Shown here one piece after another: positions 54,006-64,000 of a stretch of DNA of 64,000 bases. Position numbers and translations under genes: made by a program. This stretch comes from Candidatus Caldatribacterium sp. (GTDB lineage: Bacteria > Atribacterota > Atribacteria > Atribacterales > Caldatribacteriaceae), in NCBI GenBank assembly GCA_028275365.1, contig JAPWUU010000002.1:9515-73514 (forward strand). The letters run 5' to 3'. The notes under the pieces are model-generated. The model had not been told where the DNA came from and searched no databases. It saw nothing but the letters and a program-made list of their open reading frames with translations. The first letter of the stretch is position 1; every line of letters starts with the position of its first letter.

Positions 54006-56310
54006 GTACGAGAGAATCCTTGAACTCCTGGTTCCTCTCTGTTTTTGCCCCGCAACGCAGGAAAGGGCCAGAGCACTCCTTCCTCTGGCACCGGAAGCGC
54101 TTCCCCTGCACCTTGAAGTGGTGCGGGAACTTAGAGACCTCATCCGTTTTGACGGTGACATCCCCTTTGGGGAGTTCCCTGATCTCCGTCCGGTTCTTGA
54201 GGTCTTGCGTCTTCCCGGGGCCCGTCTTTCCCTTGAGGAAGCGCAGAAGGTATACCGTTTCCTTCTCATGAGCCAGGGTATCCGCCATTTCCTGAAAGAA
54301 CGGGGGGTGGAGAGGAAGTACCCCCGAATGTCTTCCCTGTACTTCCGGAACATTCAGGATTTCTCAGGGTTTCTGAGGTATGCGGAGAAGATTTTCTCCC
54401 AGGATGGGCAAGTGCTCGATACTGCGAGCGAAAAGCTCTGGAACATCCGGAGGCGGAAGGAAGAGGTCCAGAGCCGGATTGTGGAAGTGCTCCATCGCAT
54501 CCTCCAGGATAGCAGAATCACCAGGTACCTCCAGGAGCCACTGTACACTCTGCGGAAGGGCCGGTATGTTCTTCCTGTGAAGGCTCAGTTTCGGGGTATG
54601 CTGAGGGGATTCGTGGTGGATTGTTCCTCAAGTGGTTCCACACTGTTCATTGAGCCCTGGGCCGTGGCAGAGCTCACCAATGAGCTCGAGGTTCTGGAAA
54701 CCCTTGAGGAGGAAGAGGTCTCTCGCATCCTTTCCACCTTCACTGAGAAGCTTCGGCCGCTGTCTTCGGCCCTTTGGGAAACCTTCGAAGGCCTCGTGGA
54801 GCTCGACCTCCTTCGGGCCAAAGTGAAGCTTGGGGAGCGATGGAGAGGGGAAATCCCCGAGGTTGGAGGGGAGACACTGCGCATTCGTGAGGGGCGACAC
54901 CCTCTGCTTTTTGAACGGGCGGTTCCCTTCGACCTTGAGGTCCCCGGGGATCGCAGCATTGTGGTTGTCAGCGGGCCTAATGGCGGAGGGAAAACTGTTC
55001 TTGTGAAGGCGCTTGCGCTTCTTGTGACGCTCACCTTCTCCGGAATCCCGGTCCCCCTCGCACGAGGTTCTTCCATCCCCCTCTACGACTATCTCTTCGT
55101 GGATATCGGAGACCATCAGGATTTGGAGAACAGCCTGAGTACTTTCACGTCCCGGATGGTGCTTTTAAGAGCTGCGCTGCAAAAAGCTGGACCCCGGAGC
55201 CTTTTTCTCATCGATGAGCTTGGAGCGGGCACAGACCCCCACGAGGGTGCAGCACTTGGGATTGCCCTTCTTGAGTACCTGAAAAAGCGGGGCACGACAT
55301 GTATTGTCACCACCCATCTTCCGGCTCTTCGGGAATATGCCCTTCGGGGAGAAGGTGTTCTCCCTGCCTCCCTTGCCTTTGACCCCGATACTCTGCAGCC
55401 CACATATCGCCTTGTGGTGGGGAGCGTTGAGGGAAGCTATGGCATCACGATTGCGGAACGGGTTGGCCTTCCCCAGGAGGTTATCCAGGGGGCACGACAG
55501 GTGCTCCGGAAGGAGGAAGTTGCCTTCAACGAGCTTTTGCTCTCCCTCTCCCGGGAGCGGGAGGAGATGCGGAGAAAACTTGACGAACTCCATGAGAGAC
55601 TTGCCGAGCTTGGGAAACGCGAGGAAGAGGTGCAAGCGCTTAGGAGAGCTCTCGAAGAAGAACGTCGTCGCCTGACGAGGACTCTGAGGGAGGATTGGGA
55701 AGTCCGTCTGCGGGAGAGAGAGAAGGAGATTGCGCGCCTTGTGGGGGAATTGCGGAAGGCAAGAGCACTCGACGAAGAGAAATATGGAGAACTCAAAGGA
55801 CTCCTCCAGGAAGAGCGCCGATGGCTTGAAAGTCTCAAAGAGGAGCGAGAAGAGCCCCAGGAGTTCCAGGCAGGGGACCGGGTGTTCGTTGACCCTCTGG
55901 GTCGGGGAGTTGTTCTTGAAGTTGATATGAAGAAGGGCGAAGTTCTCGTTGCCGTGGGGGAGAGAAGAGTTCGGGTAGCGCCGGAGCGTTTGAGGAAAGA
56001 GGAGAAGGAAATTCCCCAGGAGTCTCCACAGACTCCCATCACCACCTTCACTCTCCGGGAACGGATAACCAATGAAGTCACCATCAGGGCTCTCAAGGCA
56101 GAAGAGGCCCTTGCCGTCCTTGAGAGGTACCTTGACAGGGCAATCCTTGCTGGTTTCACCACCGTGTACATCATTCACGGCAAGGGTGAAGGGAAACTCC
56201 GTCAGGTCACACACGAGTTCCTGCGGAGCCACCCCTATGTTCAAGAGTTCCGTCCCGGTCGGCCTGAGGAGGGAGGGCTTGGGGTCACAGTGGTCACCCT
56301 CCGAACATAA
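53971..56310 (+). CDS. mutS2: Endonuclease MutS2
   Basis: SSSGSTLFIEP, GPNGGGKT, DIGD.Q..LSTF, DELGAGTDP.EG, TTH, coiled coil, KOW, Smr IIHGKG. Confidence 0.95.
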   Translation: MEVPKSTLASFEYERILELLVPLCFCPATQERARALLPLAPEALPLHLEVVRELRDLIRFDGDIPFGEFPDLRPVLEVLRLPGARLSLEEAQKVYRFLLMSQGIRHFLKERGVERKYPRMSSLYFRNIQDFSGFLRYAEKIFSQDGQVLDTASEKLWNIRRRKEEVQSRIVEVLHRILQDSRITRYLQEPLYTLRKGRYVLPVKAQFRGMLRGFVVDCSSSGSTLFIEPWAVAELTNELEVLETLEEEEVSRILSTFTEKLRPLSSALWETFEGLVELDLLRAKVKLGERWRGEIPEVGGETLRIREGRHPLLFERAVPFDLEVPGDRSIVVVSGPNGGGKTVLVKALALLVTLTFSGIPVPLARGSSIPLYDYLFVDIGDHQDLENSLSTFTSRMVLLRAALQKAGPRSLFLIDELGAGTDPHEGAALGIALLEYLKKRGTTCIVTTHLPALREYALRGEGVLPASLAFDPDTLQPTYRLVVGSVEGSYGITIAERVGLPQEVIQGARQVLRKEEVAFNELLLSLSREREEMRRKLDELHERLAELGKREEEVQALRRALEEERRRLTRTLREDWEVRLREREKEIARLVGELRKARALDEEKYGELKGLLQEERRWLESLKEEREEPQEFQAGDRVFVDPLGRGVVLEVDMKKGEVLVAVGERRVRVAPERLRKEEKEIPQESPQTPITTFTLRERITNEVTIRALKAEEALAVLERYLDRAILAGFTTVYIIHGKGEGKLRQVTHEFLRSHPYVQEFRPGRPEEGGLGVTVVTLRT

Positions 56311-56312
56311 GG

Positions 56313-58226
56313 TCAGGGGCAGGATGTGCAAACCGTCTGAGGGGCGGTTCCCCTCTTGAAGGGGAGCACAACGGTTTTGCAGGAAGGGGAGGGCAGAAGG
56401 CCGGTTTTCAGGCACACAGCGACTTCCACCACCCCTTCGGGGCGAGAGAAATCGTGGGGTGGGGTGACCTTCAGGGCCTCTTTCATCACCCGGGCAAAGA
56501 GGGGAGCGGCGATGATGCCCCCCGTTTTCTGAGGCCCCAGGGGTTTCCGATCGTCATTCCCGAGGAAAACCCCGCACACCAGGTCGGGAGTGAATCCCAC
56601 AAACCATGCATCGATGAAGTCTTCGGTGGTTCCGGTTTTCCCTGCCACGGGCCTGCCGATGGCTGCCCTTCTTCCTGTTCCTCGTTCTATAACCCCTTGG
56701 AGGAGGCGGGCCATGATGTACGCCGTGTCTGGCGAGAGTGCCCGTCGCACCACCGGCGTTTTCTCGTAGAGGACGTGGCCTGCGGTGTCTTCCACCCGGA
56801 GGATGGCCAGGGGTTCGGGAACCATCCCACCGTTGGCAAAGGCCGAGTACGCCGTGGTGAGTTCAAGGAGGGTCAGCTCAGAGGTTCCCAGGGCGAGTGA
56901 CAGATCCCGCCTGAGGTTGCTCCGTATGCCCATTTTCCTGGCGTACTGGATGACTTTATCGATGCCCACTTCCTGGAGAAGCTTAATCCCGATGATGTTC
57001 ACGGACTTCTCCAGGGCTTCTCTCAGTGTCATCGGTCCCCGGAAAATCCGCTCGTAGTTTTGGGGTTTCCAGCCGTTTGGAAACTCCAGGGGTTCGTCGA
57101 CGAGGACGCTGCTTGGGGTAAAACCACTATCAAGGGCTGCGGCGTAAATGAAGGGTTTGAAGGTTGATCCTGGCTGCCGGTACGCCTGGGTTGCCCGATT
57201 GAACTTGCTCTCCTCGTAGCTCCGTCCTCCCACCATGGCCTTGATGTACCCGTTTGTCGGGTCGATGCAGAGAATCGCCCCCTGGTATCCGCTTTCTTTG
57301 AGGGCTTCGTTGGCAACCCTCTGGATGTCGGCATCAAGCGTAGTGTAGATTTTGAGGCCGCCGCTAAAGATCTGCCAGTCCTCGAAGGTCGTGCGGAGTT
57401 CCTTGAGGAGGTAGTCGAGGAAATACGGACAGAGGGAAGCACGTTTCTCGAGTCCTGAGAGCACAATGGGGGCAGAGAGGGCTTGTTCGAATTCCTCCTG
57501 GGTAATGAAACCGCACTCCAGCATCCGCCGCAGGACCCGTCGTTTCTGTTTCTGGGCTGCGGAGAAGTCGATGTACGGGGAGAAGTACGAAGGGGACCGG
57601 GCGACCCCCACGAGCATGGCCATCTCTGCAAGGGTGAGGTCGGTTAGGTCTTTGCCAAAGTACAGGCGGGCTGCTGCTTTCACCCCGTATACGCCGTGCC
57701 CCAGGTAGATCTGGTTGAGGTAGGCCTCGAGGATTTCCTCCTTGGTGTACCTTCGCTCAAGGAGGAGGGCAAGAAGGAACTCCTTGATTTTTCGCTCAAT
57801 GCTCCTCCGGTTGTCGAGGAAACGGCTCCGGGAAAGCTGCTGGGTGATGGTGCTTCCCCCCTCGACAACTCTGAGATTGAGCAGGTTCTGCCACAGCGCC
57901 CGAAGGATGCCGAAGGGGTCCACTCCGGGGTGGCGGAAGAAGTTCTGGTCCTCACTGGCGATGAAAGCCTTCTGGAGAAGAGGAGGGATTTCCTCAAGAC
58001 GGGCGTATTCGCGCCGTTCGGTGAAGAATTCTCCAATGAGCCTCCCCCGGATATCGTAGACCCTTGTGGTGAGGGAGGGCGTGAAATCTTCAAGGCGAGT
58101 TGAGATGGTCTTCAGGTCTTCCGAAAAGGGAAGGAGCATACCCCCAAGGAGCACGCCTCCCGCAAGAAGACCGGCTATGAAGGCCAGGGCAAGAAACCGG
58201 GTGTTTTTCCTGTTTCCCCTTCTCAT
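56313..58226 (-). CDS. Class A penicillin-binding protein (PBP1A family)
   Basis: EDQNFFRHPG, GGSTITQQL, RKIKE, YLNQIY; STFK, SVN, KTG; start 58226 or 58238. Confidence 0.95.
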   Translation of the reverse strand: MRRGNRKNTRFLALAFIAGLLAGGVLLGGMLLPFSEDLKTISTRLEDFTPSLTTRVYDIRGRLIGEFFTERREYARLEEIPPLLQKAFIASEDQNFFRHPGVDPFGILRALWQNLLNLRVVEGGSTITQQLSRSRFLDNRRSIERKIKEFLLALLLERRYTKEEILEAYLNQIYLGHGVYGVKAAARLYFGKDLTDLTLAEMAMLVGVARSPSYFSPYIDFSAAQKQKRRVLRRMLECGFITQEEFEQALSAPIVLSGLEKRASLCPYFLDYLLKELRTTFEDWQIFSGGLKIYTTLDADIQRVANEALKESGYQGAILCIDPTNGYIKAMVGGRSYEESKFNRATQAYRQPGSTFKPFIYAAALDSGFTPSSVLVDEPLEFPNGWKPQNYERIFRGPMTLREALEKSVNIIGIKLLQEVGIDKVIQYARKMGIRSNLRRDLSLALGTSELTLLELTTAYSAFANGGMVPEPLAILRVEDTAGHVLYEKTPVVRRALSPDTAYIMARLLQGVIERGTGRRAAIGRPVAGKTGTTEDFIDAWFVGFTPDLVCGVFLGNDDRKPLGPQKTGGIIAAPLFARVMKEALKVTPPHDFSRPEGVVEVAVCLKTGLLPSPSCKTVVLPFKRGTAPQTVCTSCP

Positions 58227-58290
58227 GGTTTCAGCCATTCTTGGTATAATATGTGCCATGATATGGTACCACAAAACCGGGAGAAACGGA

Positions 58291-58749
58291 ATGAAAAGCC
58301 TTGCTCGTGGAGCTTTTGTGGCAGCACTGTACGCTCTTCTTGTTGTGCTCCCCCCTTTTGCTTCTTTCGCCTATGGTCCCGTTCAGGTGCGTATTGCCGA
58401 AGCGCTGACGGTATTGCCCTACCTCTTTCCCGAGACCATCTGGGGGTTGACCCTGGGGTGTTTTGTGGCGAACGTTTTGGGAGGGTTGGGATTCTGGGAC
58501 TTTACCCTGGGAACCCTGTTCACGTTCCTTGCCGCCTTTTGGACTTCCCGCATGCGTCATCCTCTCCTTGCCCCCCTCCCTCCGGTTCTCATCAATGGCT
58601 TTGGGGTTGCCATGTACCTTGCTTTTCTCTTTAACGTTCCTTACGGGGTAACAGCCTCCTACATTCTCCTTGGAGAAACTGTGGCCTGCTACGGGCTGGG
58701 GTATCCACTCCTTGTGGCGCTTTTGAAGCGGGGATTTCGAAAGGAGTGA
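58291..58749 (+). CDS. queT: QueT family transporter substrate component
   Basis: AALY, YGPVQVRIAEAL, GLTLGCFVAN, GE. Confidence 0.85.
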   Translation: MKSLARGAFVAALYALLVVLPPFASFAYGPVQVRIAEALTVLPYLFPETIWGLTLGCFVANVLGGLGFWDFTLGTLFTFLAAFWTSRMRHPLLAPLPPVLINGFGVAMYLAFLFNVPYGVTASYILLGETVACYGLGYPLLVALLKRGFRKE

Positions 58750-58755
58750 AGGACG

Positions 58756-60033
58756 TTGACACAGTATGCCGAGCAAGTTGAGAGGGACCTTGCCATGCTC
58801 AAGCGTGGTACAGAAGAAATCATCGACCTTGAGGACCTCCGGAGGAAGCTCCTCCGCTTCTATGAAACGGGAAAGAAGCTCGTGGTGAAAGAGGGTTTTG
58901 ACCCCAGTGCTCCCGATATCCATCTGGGTCACACCGTGACCCTTCGAAAGCTCAGGCAGTTCCAGGAGCTGGGGCACGAGGTCGTTTTCCTCATTGGTGA
59001 TTTCACGGGTCGTATCGGTGATCCAACAGGGAAAAAGGAGACCCGGCGGCAGCTCACAGAAGAAGAAGTTCAAAGGAATGCCCAGACCTACGCGGAACAG
59101 GTTTTCAAAATCCTTGACCCTGAGAAAACGAGGGTTGCCTTCAACAGCACCTGGCTTTCCCGGCTCACTTTGGAGGAAGTTATCATCCTTGCCTCCCGCT
59201 TCACTGTAGCCCGGATGCTTGAGCGAGAAGATTTCTCCAGGCGCCTGCGGGAAGGGAGACCTATCGGGCTTCACGAATTCCTCTACCCCCTTCTGCAGGG
59301 GTACGATTCTGTGGCGCTCCAGGCCGATGTGGAGCTTGGAGGAACGGACCAGCGTTTCAACCTCCTTGTGGGACGGGACCTGCAGCGGGAGTTCGGTCAA
59401 GAGCCCCAGGTCATCATCACCATGCCCCTTCTTGAAGGGACCGACGGCGTGGAGAAGATGAGCAAAAGCCTCGGGAACTACATCGGCATCAACGAGCCCC
59501 CCTTCTCGATGTTCGGGAAGGTTATGTCCATTCCCGATTCCCTCATCGAGAAGTACTTCGTCCTCCTCACCGACGTTCCTCTTGAGGAGGTTCGGAAGAA
59601 AAAGGAGGCTTGCGAGAGGGGAGAACTCCACCCGAAGGTCTGGAAGGAGGAGCTAGCCTTTGAGCTCGTTCGCCTGTACCATGGGGAGGAAGAGGCGAAA
59701 AAGGCCCTTGAGGATTTCGAGCGGGCATTTTCCCAGAAAGCCTGTCCCGAGAGCGCTCAGGACCTCTGCATTGCCCAGTCTGAACTCGTTGCGGGGAAGC
59801 TCTGGATTATGAAGCTCCTGCAGAGAACGGGTGTTTTCCAGTCAAAGAGTGAGGCGCGTCGCTGTCTGGAACAAGGGGGTGTGTACCTCAACGGAGAGCG
59901 TATAAGCGGGGTGGACCAGGATGTTCCGCTGAAGGATGGGGATGTTCTTCGGGTTGGCAAGAAATCCTTCTTCCGGATCCGAATCGTTGCTTCTCGGGAA
60001 GAAAGCGTCTCAGGAAAGGAGGAGGTCAGATGA
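58756..60033 (+). CDS. tyrS: Tyrosine-tRNA ligase
   Basis: [32 protein letters not shown]-terminal S4 domain. Confidence 0.98.
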   Translation: MTQYAEQVERDLAMLKRGTEEIIDLEDLRRKLLRFYETGKKLVVKEGFDPSAPDIHLGHTVTLRKLRQFQELGHEVVFLIGDFTGRIGDPTGKKETRRQLTEEEVQRNAQTYAEQVFKILDPEKTRVAFNSTWLSRLTLEEVIILASRFTVARMLEREDFSRRLREGRPIGLHEFLYPLLQGYDSVALQADVELGGTDQRFNLLVGRDLQREFGQEPQVIITMPLLEGTDGVEKMSKSLGNYIGINEPPFSMFGKVMSIPDSLIEKYFVLLTDVPLEEVRKKKEACERGELHPKVWKEELAFELVRLYHGEEEAKKALEDFERAFSQKACPESAQDLCIAQSELVAGKLWIMKLLQRTGVFQSKSEARRCLEQGGVYLNGERISGVDQDVPLKDGDVLRVGKKSFFRIRIVASREESVSGKEEVR

Positions 60034-61175
60034 AAAGCAGAAGACTTGTGGTGTTCCTTTTTCTTAGTGCTGTGTTCTTCTGGGGACAGGTTTTTGCTGA
60101 GGAGCCCATTCGCATTGGCCTTCAGGCTCCTATAACGGGGAGCTTTGCCATTGAAGGGCAAATGGCCAGGCAGTGTGTGGAAGTTGCGGCAGAGCTTATC
60201 AACGAGCAGGGAGGCATTCTCGGTCGTCCTGTGGAGATCATTGTGGCCGACGATGCCTCTAACCCCAGGGATAGTGCTCTGGCAGCACAGAAGCTCATTT
60301 CCCAGGGGGTTGTGGCGGCCATCGCCAGTTACGGCTCGTCGGTGACCGAGCCTGCTGCGGACCTTTACGAGCGGAACCGGGTAGTGTGTGTGGCTTACGG
60401 AGCGACGGCAGTGCGGCTTACCATGGGGAAGGAGCGTCGGTACTTTTTCCGGACCTGTGGGCGGGATGACTCTCAGGGTGAGTTTTTTGCCCGCTTTGCT
60501 GTCGAGACTATGGGATGGCGGCGCATCGCCATCATGCACGACAACCAGACCTACGGGAAGGGCGTGGCTGAGGAAACGAAGAAGTACCTTGAACCGTACA
60601 TCAGGGAAGGCCGGGCAGAGATCGTGTACTACGACGCTATCACTCCCGGAGACCAGGATTACAGTGCGGCGCTGACGAAGCTCCGAGAGAGCAACCCCGA
60701 TGTCTGGTACTACACCGCCTACTACCCCGAGGCAGGGCTTTTGGTCCGGCAGGCCCGGGAGATGGGTATCACTGTGCCCTTTGTGGGGAGCAATGCCGTA
60801 CCCAATGAGGACTTTGTCCGTATTGCAGGTCTTGAGTACGTGGTGGGAACCTTTATGACCCAGGAGCCCCTTCCCCAGGATCTCAACACTCCAAAAGCTC
60901 AGGAGTTCTTCGCAGCCTACCGGGCAAAGTACGGGGACATCCCTTCTTCCCCTTGGCCGATTTACGCTGCCGATGCCCTTTTTGCCCTCGCACAGGCGAT
61001 AGAGAACGCGAAGTCAACAAAACCGGACGATATTGCCCAGGCTATGCGCACGATGGAGAATGCCGAGGGCATTACCGGCCCCATTGTCTTTACCGAGCGG
61101 GGAGACCGGAAGGGTGTTCCCTACGCGATGTACCGGTACAACGAGAAAGGACAGCTTGAGCTTTTTACACCCTGA
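60030..61175 (+). CDS. Branched-chain amino acid ABC substrate-binding protein (LivK/J-like)
   Basis: Signal peptide, [38 protein letters not shown]. Confidence 0.9.
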   Translation: MKSRRLVVFLFLSAVFFWGQVFAEEPIRIGLQAPITGSFAIEGQMARQCVEVAAELINEQGGILGRPVEIIVADDASNPRDSALAAQKLISQGVVAAIASYGSSVTEPAADLYERNRVVCVAYGATAVRLTMGKERRYFFRTCGRDDSQGEFFARFAVETMGWRRIAIMHDNQTYGKGVAEETKKYLEPYIREGRAEIVYYDAITPGDQDYSAALTKLRESNPDVWYYTAYYPEAGLLVRQAREMGITVPFVGSNAVPNEDFVRIAGLEYVVGTFMTQEPLPQDLNTPKAQEFFAAYRAKYGDIPSSPWPIYAADALFALAQAIENAKSTKPDDIAQAMRTMENAEGITGPIVFTERGDRKGVPYAMYRYNEKGQLELFTP

Positions 61176-61182
61176 GGCTTTC

Positions 61183-61221
61183 CCCACCGGGTCTTCCCGG
61201 TGGGTCCTGGGGGAATCCAGG
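61183..61221 (+). other. Tandem stem-loops between Liv SBP and permease genes
   Basis: cccaccggg-tctt-cccggtggg followed by cctgg-gggaat-ccagg. Confidence 0.55.
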
Positions 61222-61231
61222 GGGGACGGAA

Positions 61232-62149
61232 TTGCGGGTATTTTTTGAGCAGCTTGTGAACGGAGTGACGGTGGGATCGTTCTACGCCCTTGTGGCCCTG
61301 GGGTATTCCATGGTGTACGGTGTCATGAAACTCATCAATTTCGCCCATGGTGACCTTTTCACCCTGGGGAGTTACCTGGGCTACACCTTCCTCGTGTGGG
61401 GAGCAGCGTGGATTACAGAGAGGGCAGGGCTCTGGTGGGGCGTGTTGGGGGCGATACTTTTCGCCTTTCTGGCCAATGCCGGAGCGGGGATTCTCGTCGA
61501 GCGGGTGGCCTATCGGCCAGTTTACCGGGCGGGACGCCTTCCCCTTGTCGTTTCTGCACTTGGTATGTCCATTTTCCTCCAGAATGCCATCATGGCCGTC
61601 TGGGGGCCCCGCTTCCAGGTGTATCCGAGTGACCTCGTTCCTGTTGCCTCTTTGAGGTTTCTGGGACTGTCTCTGCCGCTCCTTAAGGTGGTGATCCTCT
61701 TCCTCTCCCTTGGGGTGATGTTTGTGATGTACTGGATTGTGGAGAAGACGGAGTTCGGGGCAGCAGTACGGGCAACGGCCTTGGATAGAGAGATGGCTAC
61801 CCTCCTTGGCATCGACGTTCAGAGGGTTATCCTCTTCGTATTCACCCTGGGGCCAGCCCTGGGAGGAATGGCGGGGGTCATGAACGGGATGTACTACCGG
61901 TCGATTCAGTTCAGTATGGGGTGGAACTACGGACTCAAGGCCTTTACTGCCACCATTCTCGGAGGCATTGGCAACATCCCGGGGGCCATGGTGGGAGGTG
62001 TGCTCCTTGGGGTCATTGAGACGCTCCTTGCGGGGTATATCCCCGGAGGAGGCGCCTGGAAGGACGGATTTACCTTTCTGATCCTCATCCTGGTTCTGAT
62101 TTTCCGGCCAACAGGGATTCTCGGCGAGAAAGTTGCGGAAAAGGTGTAA
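61232..62149 (+). CDS. livH: Branched-chain amino acid ABC permease LivH
   Basis: YALVALGYSMVYG..INFAHG, KAF.A..LGGIG, RPTGILG. Confidence 0.93.
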   Translation: MRVFFEQLVNGVTVGSFYALVALGYSMVYGVMKLINFAHGDLFTLGSYLGYTFLVWGAAWITERAGLWWGVLGAILFAFLANAGAGILVERVAYRPVYRAGRLPLVVSALGMSIFLQNAIMAVWGPRFQVYPSDLVPVASLRFLGLSLPLLKVVILFLSLGVMFVMYWIVEKTEFGAAVRATALDREMATLLGIDVQRVILFVFTLGPALGGMAGVMNGMYYRSIQFSMGWNYGLKAFTATILGGIGNIPGAMVGGVLLGVIETLLAGYIPGGGAWKDGFTFLILILVLIFRPTGILGEKVAEKV

Positions 62150-62153
62150 TCCG

Positions 62154-64000
62154 ATGGGTGTGGTATTCTCCCGCCCCAGGACGGGTCGATTCTGGCGGTT
62201 TGTTCCCGTTCTCCTTGGAGGGTTTATTGCTGTTTTCCCTTTCCTCCCCTTTGTGAACGATTACTGGGTCGATGTAGGGTTCTTTGTGGGGCTGTACGGT
62301 CTTTTGGGGCTCAGTCTCAACGTCGTCCTGGGGGAGGTAGGGCTTTTCGACCTCGGTCATGCTGCTTTCTACGCCATTGGGGCGTACACCACGGCCATTC
62401 TGAACACCACCCTGAATATACCGGTTTTGCTGCTTCTTCCCGTGAGTGCCCTCGTTGCTTCGGGGTTTGCCTACCTTGTGATGTCTCCGGTGATTCATCT
62501 TCGGGGAGATTACCTCTGTATCGTCACCATCGGTATTGGGGAAATCGTCCGTATCATCATCGTCAACAATCCCTGGGGTATCACCAACGGCCCCAATGGT
62601 ATCACGGGTGTGGGATTCCCTACCCTTGGCCCTTTTGTGATTCAGACGCCTATGCAGTTCTACTACTTTGTCTGGGTGGTGGTGGCGTTTGTCGCCTTTA
62701 TGCTTTTGCGTCTCCAGAAGTCCCGAATAGGTCGTGCCTGGAATGCCATCCGGGAGGATGAGATTGCCGCCGAGGCCATGGGTATCGATGTGCGGGCGTA
62801 CAAGCTCCTGGCCTTTACCCTGGGAGCAGCCCTTGCGGGTCTTGCAGGGAATATCTATGCGGCGAAAATGGCTGTGGTCTCGCCTCAGAGCTTCCTCTTC
62901 ATGGAGTCCGCGCTGCTTTTCTGTATCGTTCTCCTCGGAGGCCTTGGTTCTCTCCCCGGTGTCCTTCTTGGAGCGGCTCTGGTGGTGATCTTCCCCGAGG
63001 TTTTTCGCCGTTTTGCAAGCTTTCGCCTCCTCTTTTTCGGCCTGGCTCTTATGGTGGCAATGATTTTCCGCCCTGGCGGTCTTCTCCCCAGAAGGAGGGA
63101 AATCCTGGAACTCGATGGTCTGGACGTGCAGGGATTCTCTGCGGAGAAGGTATCCCCGGTGCGAATAGGGCAAGTTTCCCTGAAGGAACATTCCCCGGTT
63201 CAAGTCCCTTGCGAACTCGATCCTTGTCCTCTCCTTGAGGTTCAGGGAGTCACCCTTCGCTTCGGGGGACTTGTGGCAGTGAACCGGTATAACCTTGCAG
63301 TGTACCCCGGAAGGGTCACGAGTCTCATCGGTCCGAATGGAGCAGGGAAAACCACCCTGTTCAACATCATCACCGGCATATACCGTCCCGACGAGGGGAG
63401 AGTGCTCTTCAAGGGGGAAGATATCACCGGCCTGAAGCCCCATCTTGTGGTGGCCCGGGGCATTGCCCGTACCTTTCAGAACATCCGTCTTTTTCCCTCC
63501 CTTACCTGTCTTGAAAACGTCCTGACGGGTCTCCACTGCCGTGGAAGTTCGGGATTTGTTTCCACCGTCCTTCGCATGCCTTTTCAGGTGCAAGAGGAGC
63601 GGGAATTCGTGGAGACGGCTGCGTACTGGCTGTACCGGGTGGGGTTGTGGGAGTACCGGAATGAGCTGGCCCGGAATCTCCCCTACGGCAAGCAGAAGTA
63701 CCTTGAAATTGCCAGGGCTTTGACCACAGGACCAGAACTCCTTGTTCTCGACGAGCCTTCATCGGGGCTCAATGAGAGGGAGACGGAAGAGCTCATGGAA
63801 TTCCTGCAGAGGCTTTTGCAAGAAGGCATCACCATTCTCCTCATCGAGCATGATATGAATGTCGTGATGGGGATTTCGGACTGGGTTAGCGTCATGGACA
63901 TGGGGAGCAAGATCGCAGAAGGGTCACCGTGGGAGGTTTACAACCACCCCAGGGTTATCGAGGCATACCTCGGGAAAGAGGAGGAGTGGGTTGGGAGTAC
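62154..64000 (+). CDS. LivM permease-LivG ATPase fusion (3' end beyond window; not in ORF track)
   Basis: ATG 62154: SLNVVLGEVGLFDLGHAAFYAIGAY..LRGDYL..FRPGGLL, then in frame ..RFGGLVAV..GPNGAGKTT..TFQNIRLF..LPYG..LDEP..IEHDM..EAYLG. Confidence 0.9.
   Translation, partial: MGVVFSRPRTGRFWRFVPVLLGGFIAVFPFLPFVNDYWVDVGFFVGLYGLLGLSLNVVLGEVGLFDLGHAAFYAIGAYTTAILNTTLNIPVLLLLPVSALVASGFAYLVMSPVIHLRGDYLCIVTIGIGEIVRIIIVNNPWGITNGPNGITGVGFPTLGPFVIQTPMQFYYFVWVVVAFVAFMLLRLQKSRIGRAWNAIREDEIAAEAMGIDVRAYKLLAFTLGAALAGLAGNIYAAKMAVVSPQSFLFMESALLFCIVLLGGLGSLPGVLLGAALVVIFPEVFRRFASFRLLFFGLALMVAMIFRPGGLLPRRREILELDGLDVQGFSAEKVSPVRIGQVSLKEHSPVQVPCELDPCPLLEVQGVTLRFGGLVAVNRYNLAVYPGRVTSLIGPNGAGKTTLFNIITGIYRPDEGRVLFKGEDITGLKPHLVVARGIARTFQNIRLFPSLTCLENVLTGLHCRGSSGFVSTVLRMPFQVQEEREFVETAAYWLYRVGLWEYRNELARNLPYGKQKYLEIARALTTGPELLVLDEPSSGLNERETEELMEFLQRLLQEGITILLIEHDMNVVMGISDWVSVMDMGSKIAEGSPWEVYNHPRVIEAYLGKEEEWVGS

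Noticed and set aside
58227-58290. Possible preQ1 riboswitch upstream of queT
   Set aside because: Only a small hairpin (gtgccat-gat-atggtac) and a TGGTATAAT -10-like box; no preQ1-I loop or A-rich tail consensus recognised

Overview
GC-rich, densely coded bacterial core-genome window. All genes are on the + strand except tRNA-Leu(CAA) and a class A PBP. The E/R/K/V/L-rich proteins suggest a thermophile; resemblance to Atribacterota (Caldatribacterium-like) is only my impression. Gene order: rplM(partial)-rpsI; Lys/Orn-type racemase-argF-cdaA-39-aa CdaR-like ORF; EF-G2-acpS-nnr-alr-tsaE-tsaB-rimI-tsaD; groEL without groES; guaB3-guaA-purA-ligA-gatCAB-dnaE-TPR protein; tRNA-Leu; a PolA-derived protein-glgA-coaE-uvrB-uvrA-uvrC-whiA; MsmX/MalK ATPase; gap-tpiA-secG-NAPRTase; Opp/Dpp ABC operon; decayed IS481-like element; infC-rpmI-rplT-pheST-cvpA-mutS2; class A PBP; queT-tyrS; Liv ABC operon with a LivM-LivG fusion running off the end. 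No CRISPR array, rRNA or prophage was seen. The main leads are (1) an intact ORF with a complete Pol I 5'-3' nuclease but an eroded, apparently catalytically dead polymerase domain, upstream of uvrBAC, (2) a membrane-anchor-only mini-CdaR coupled to cdaA and absent from the ORF track, and (3) a Lys/Orn racemase coupled to argF and next to cdaA. All homology calls come from motif recognition by eye; no searches were run.
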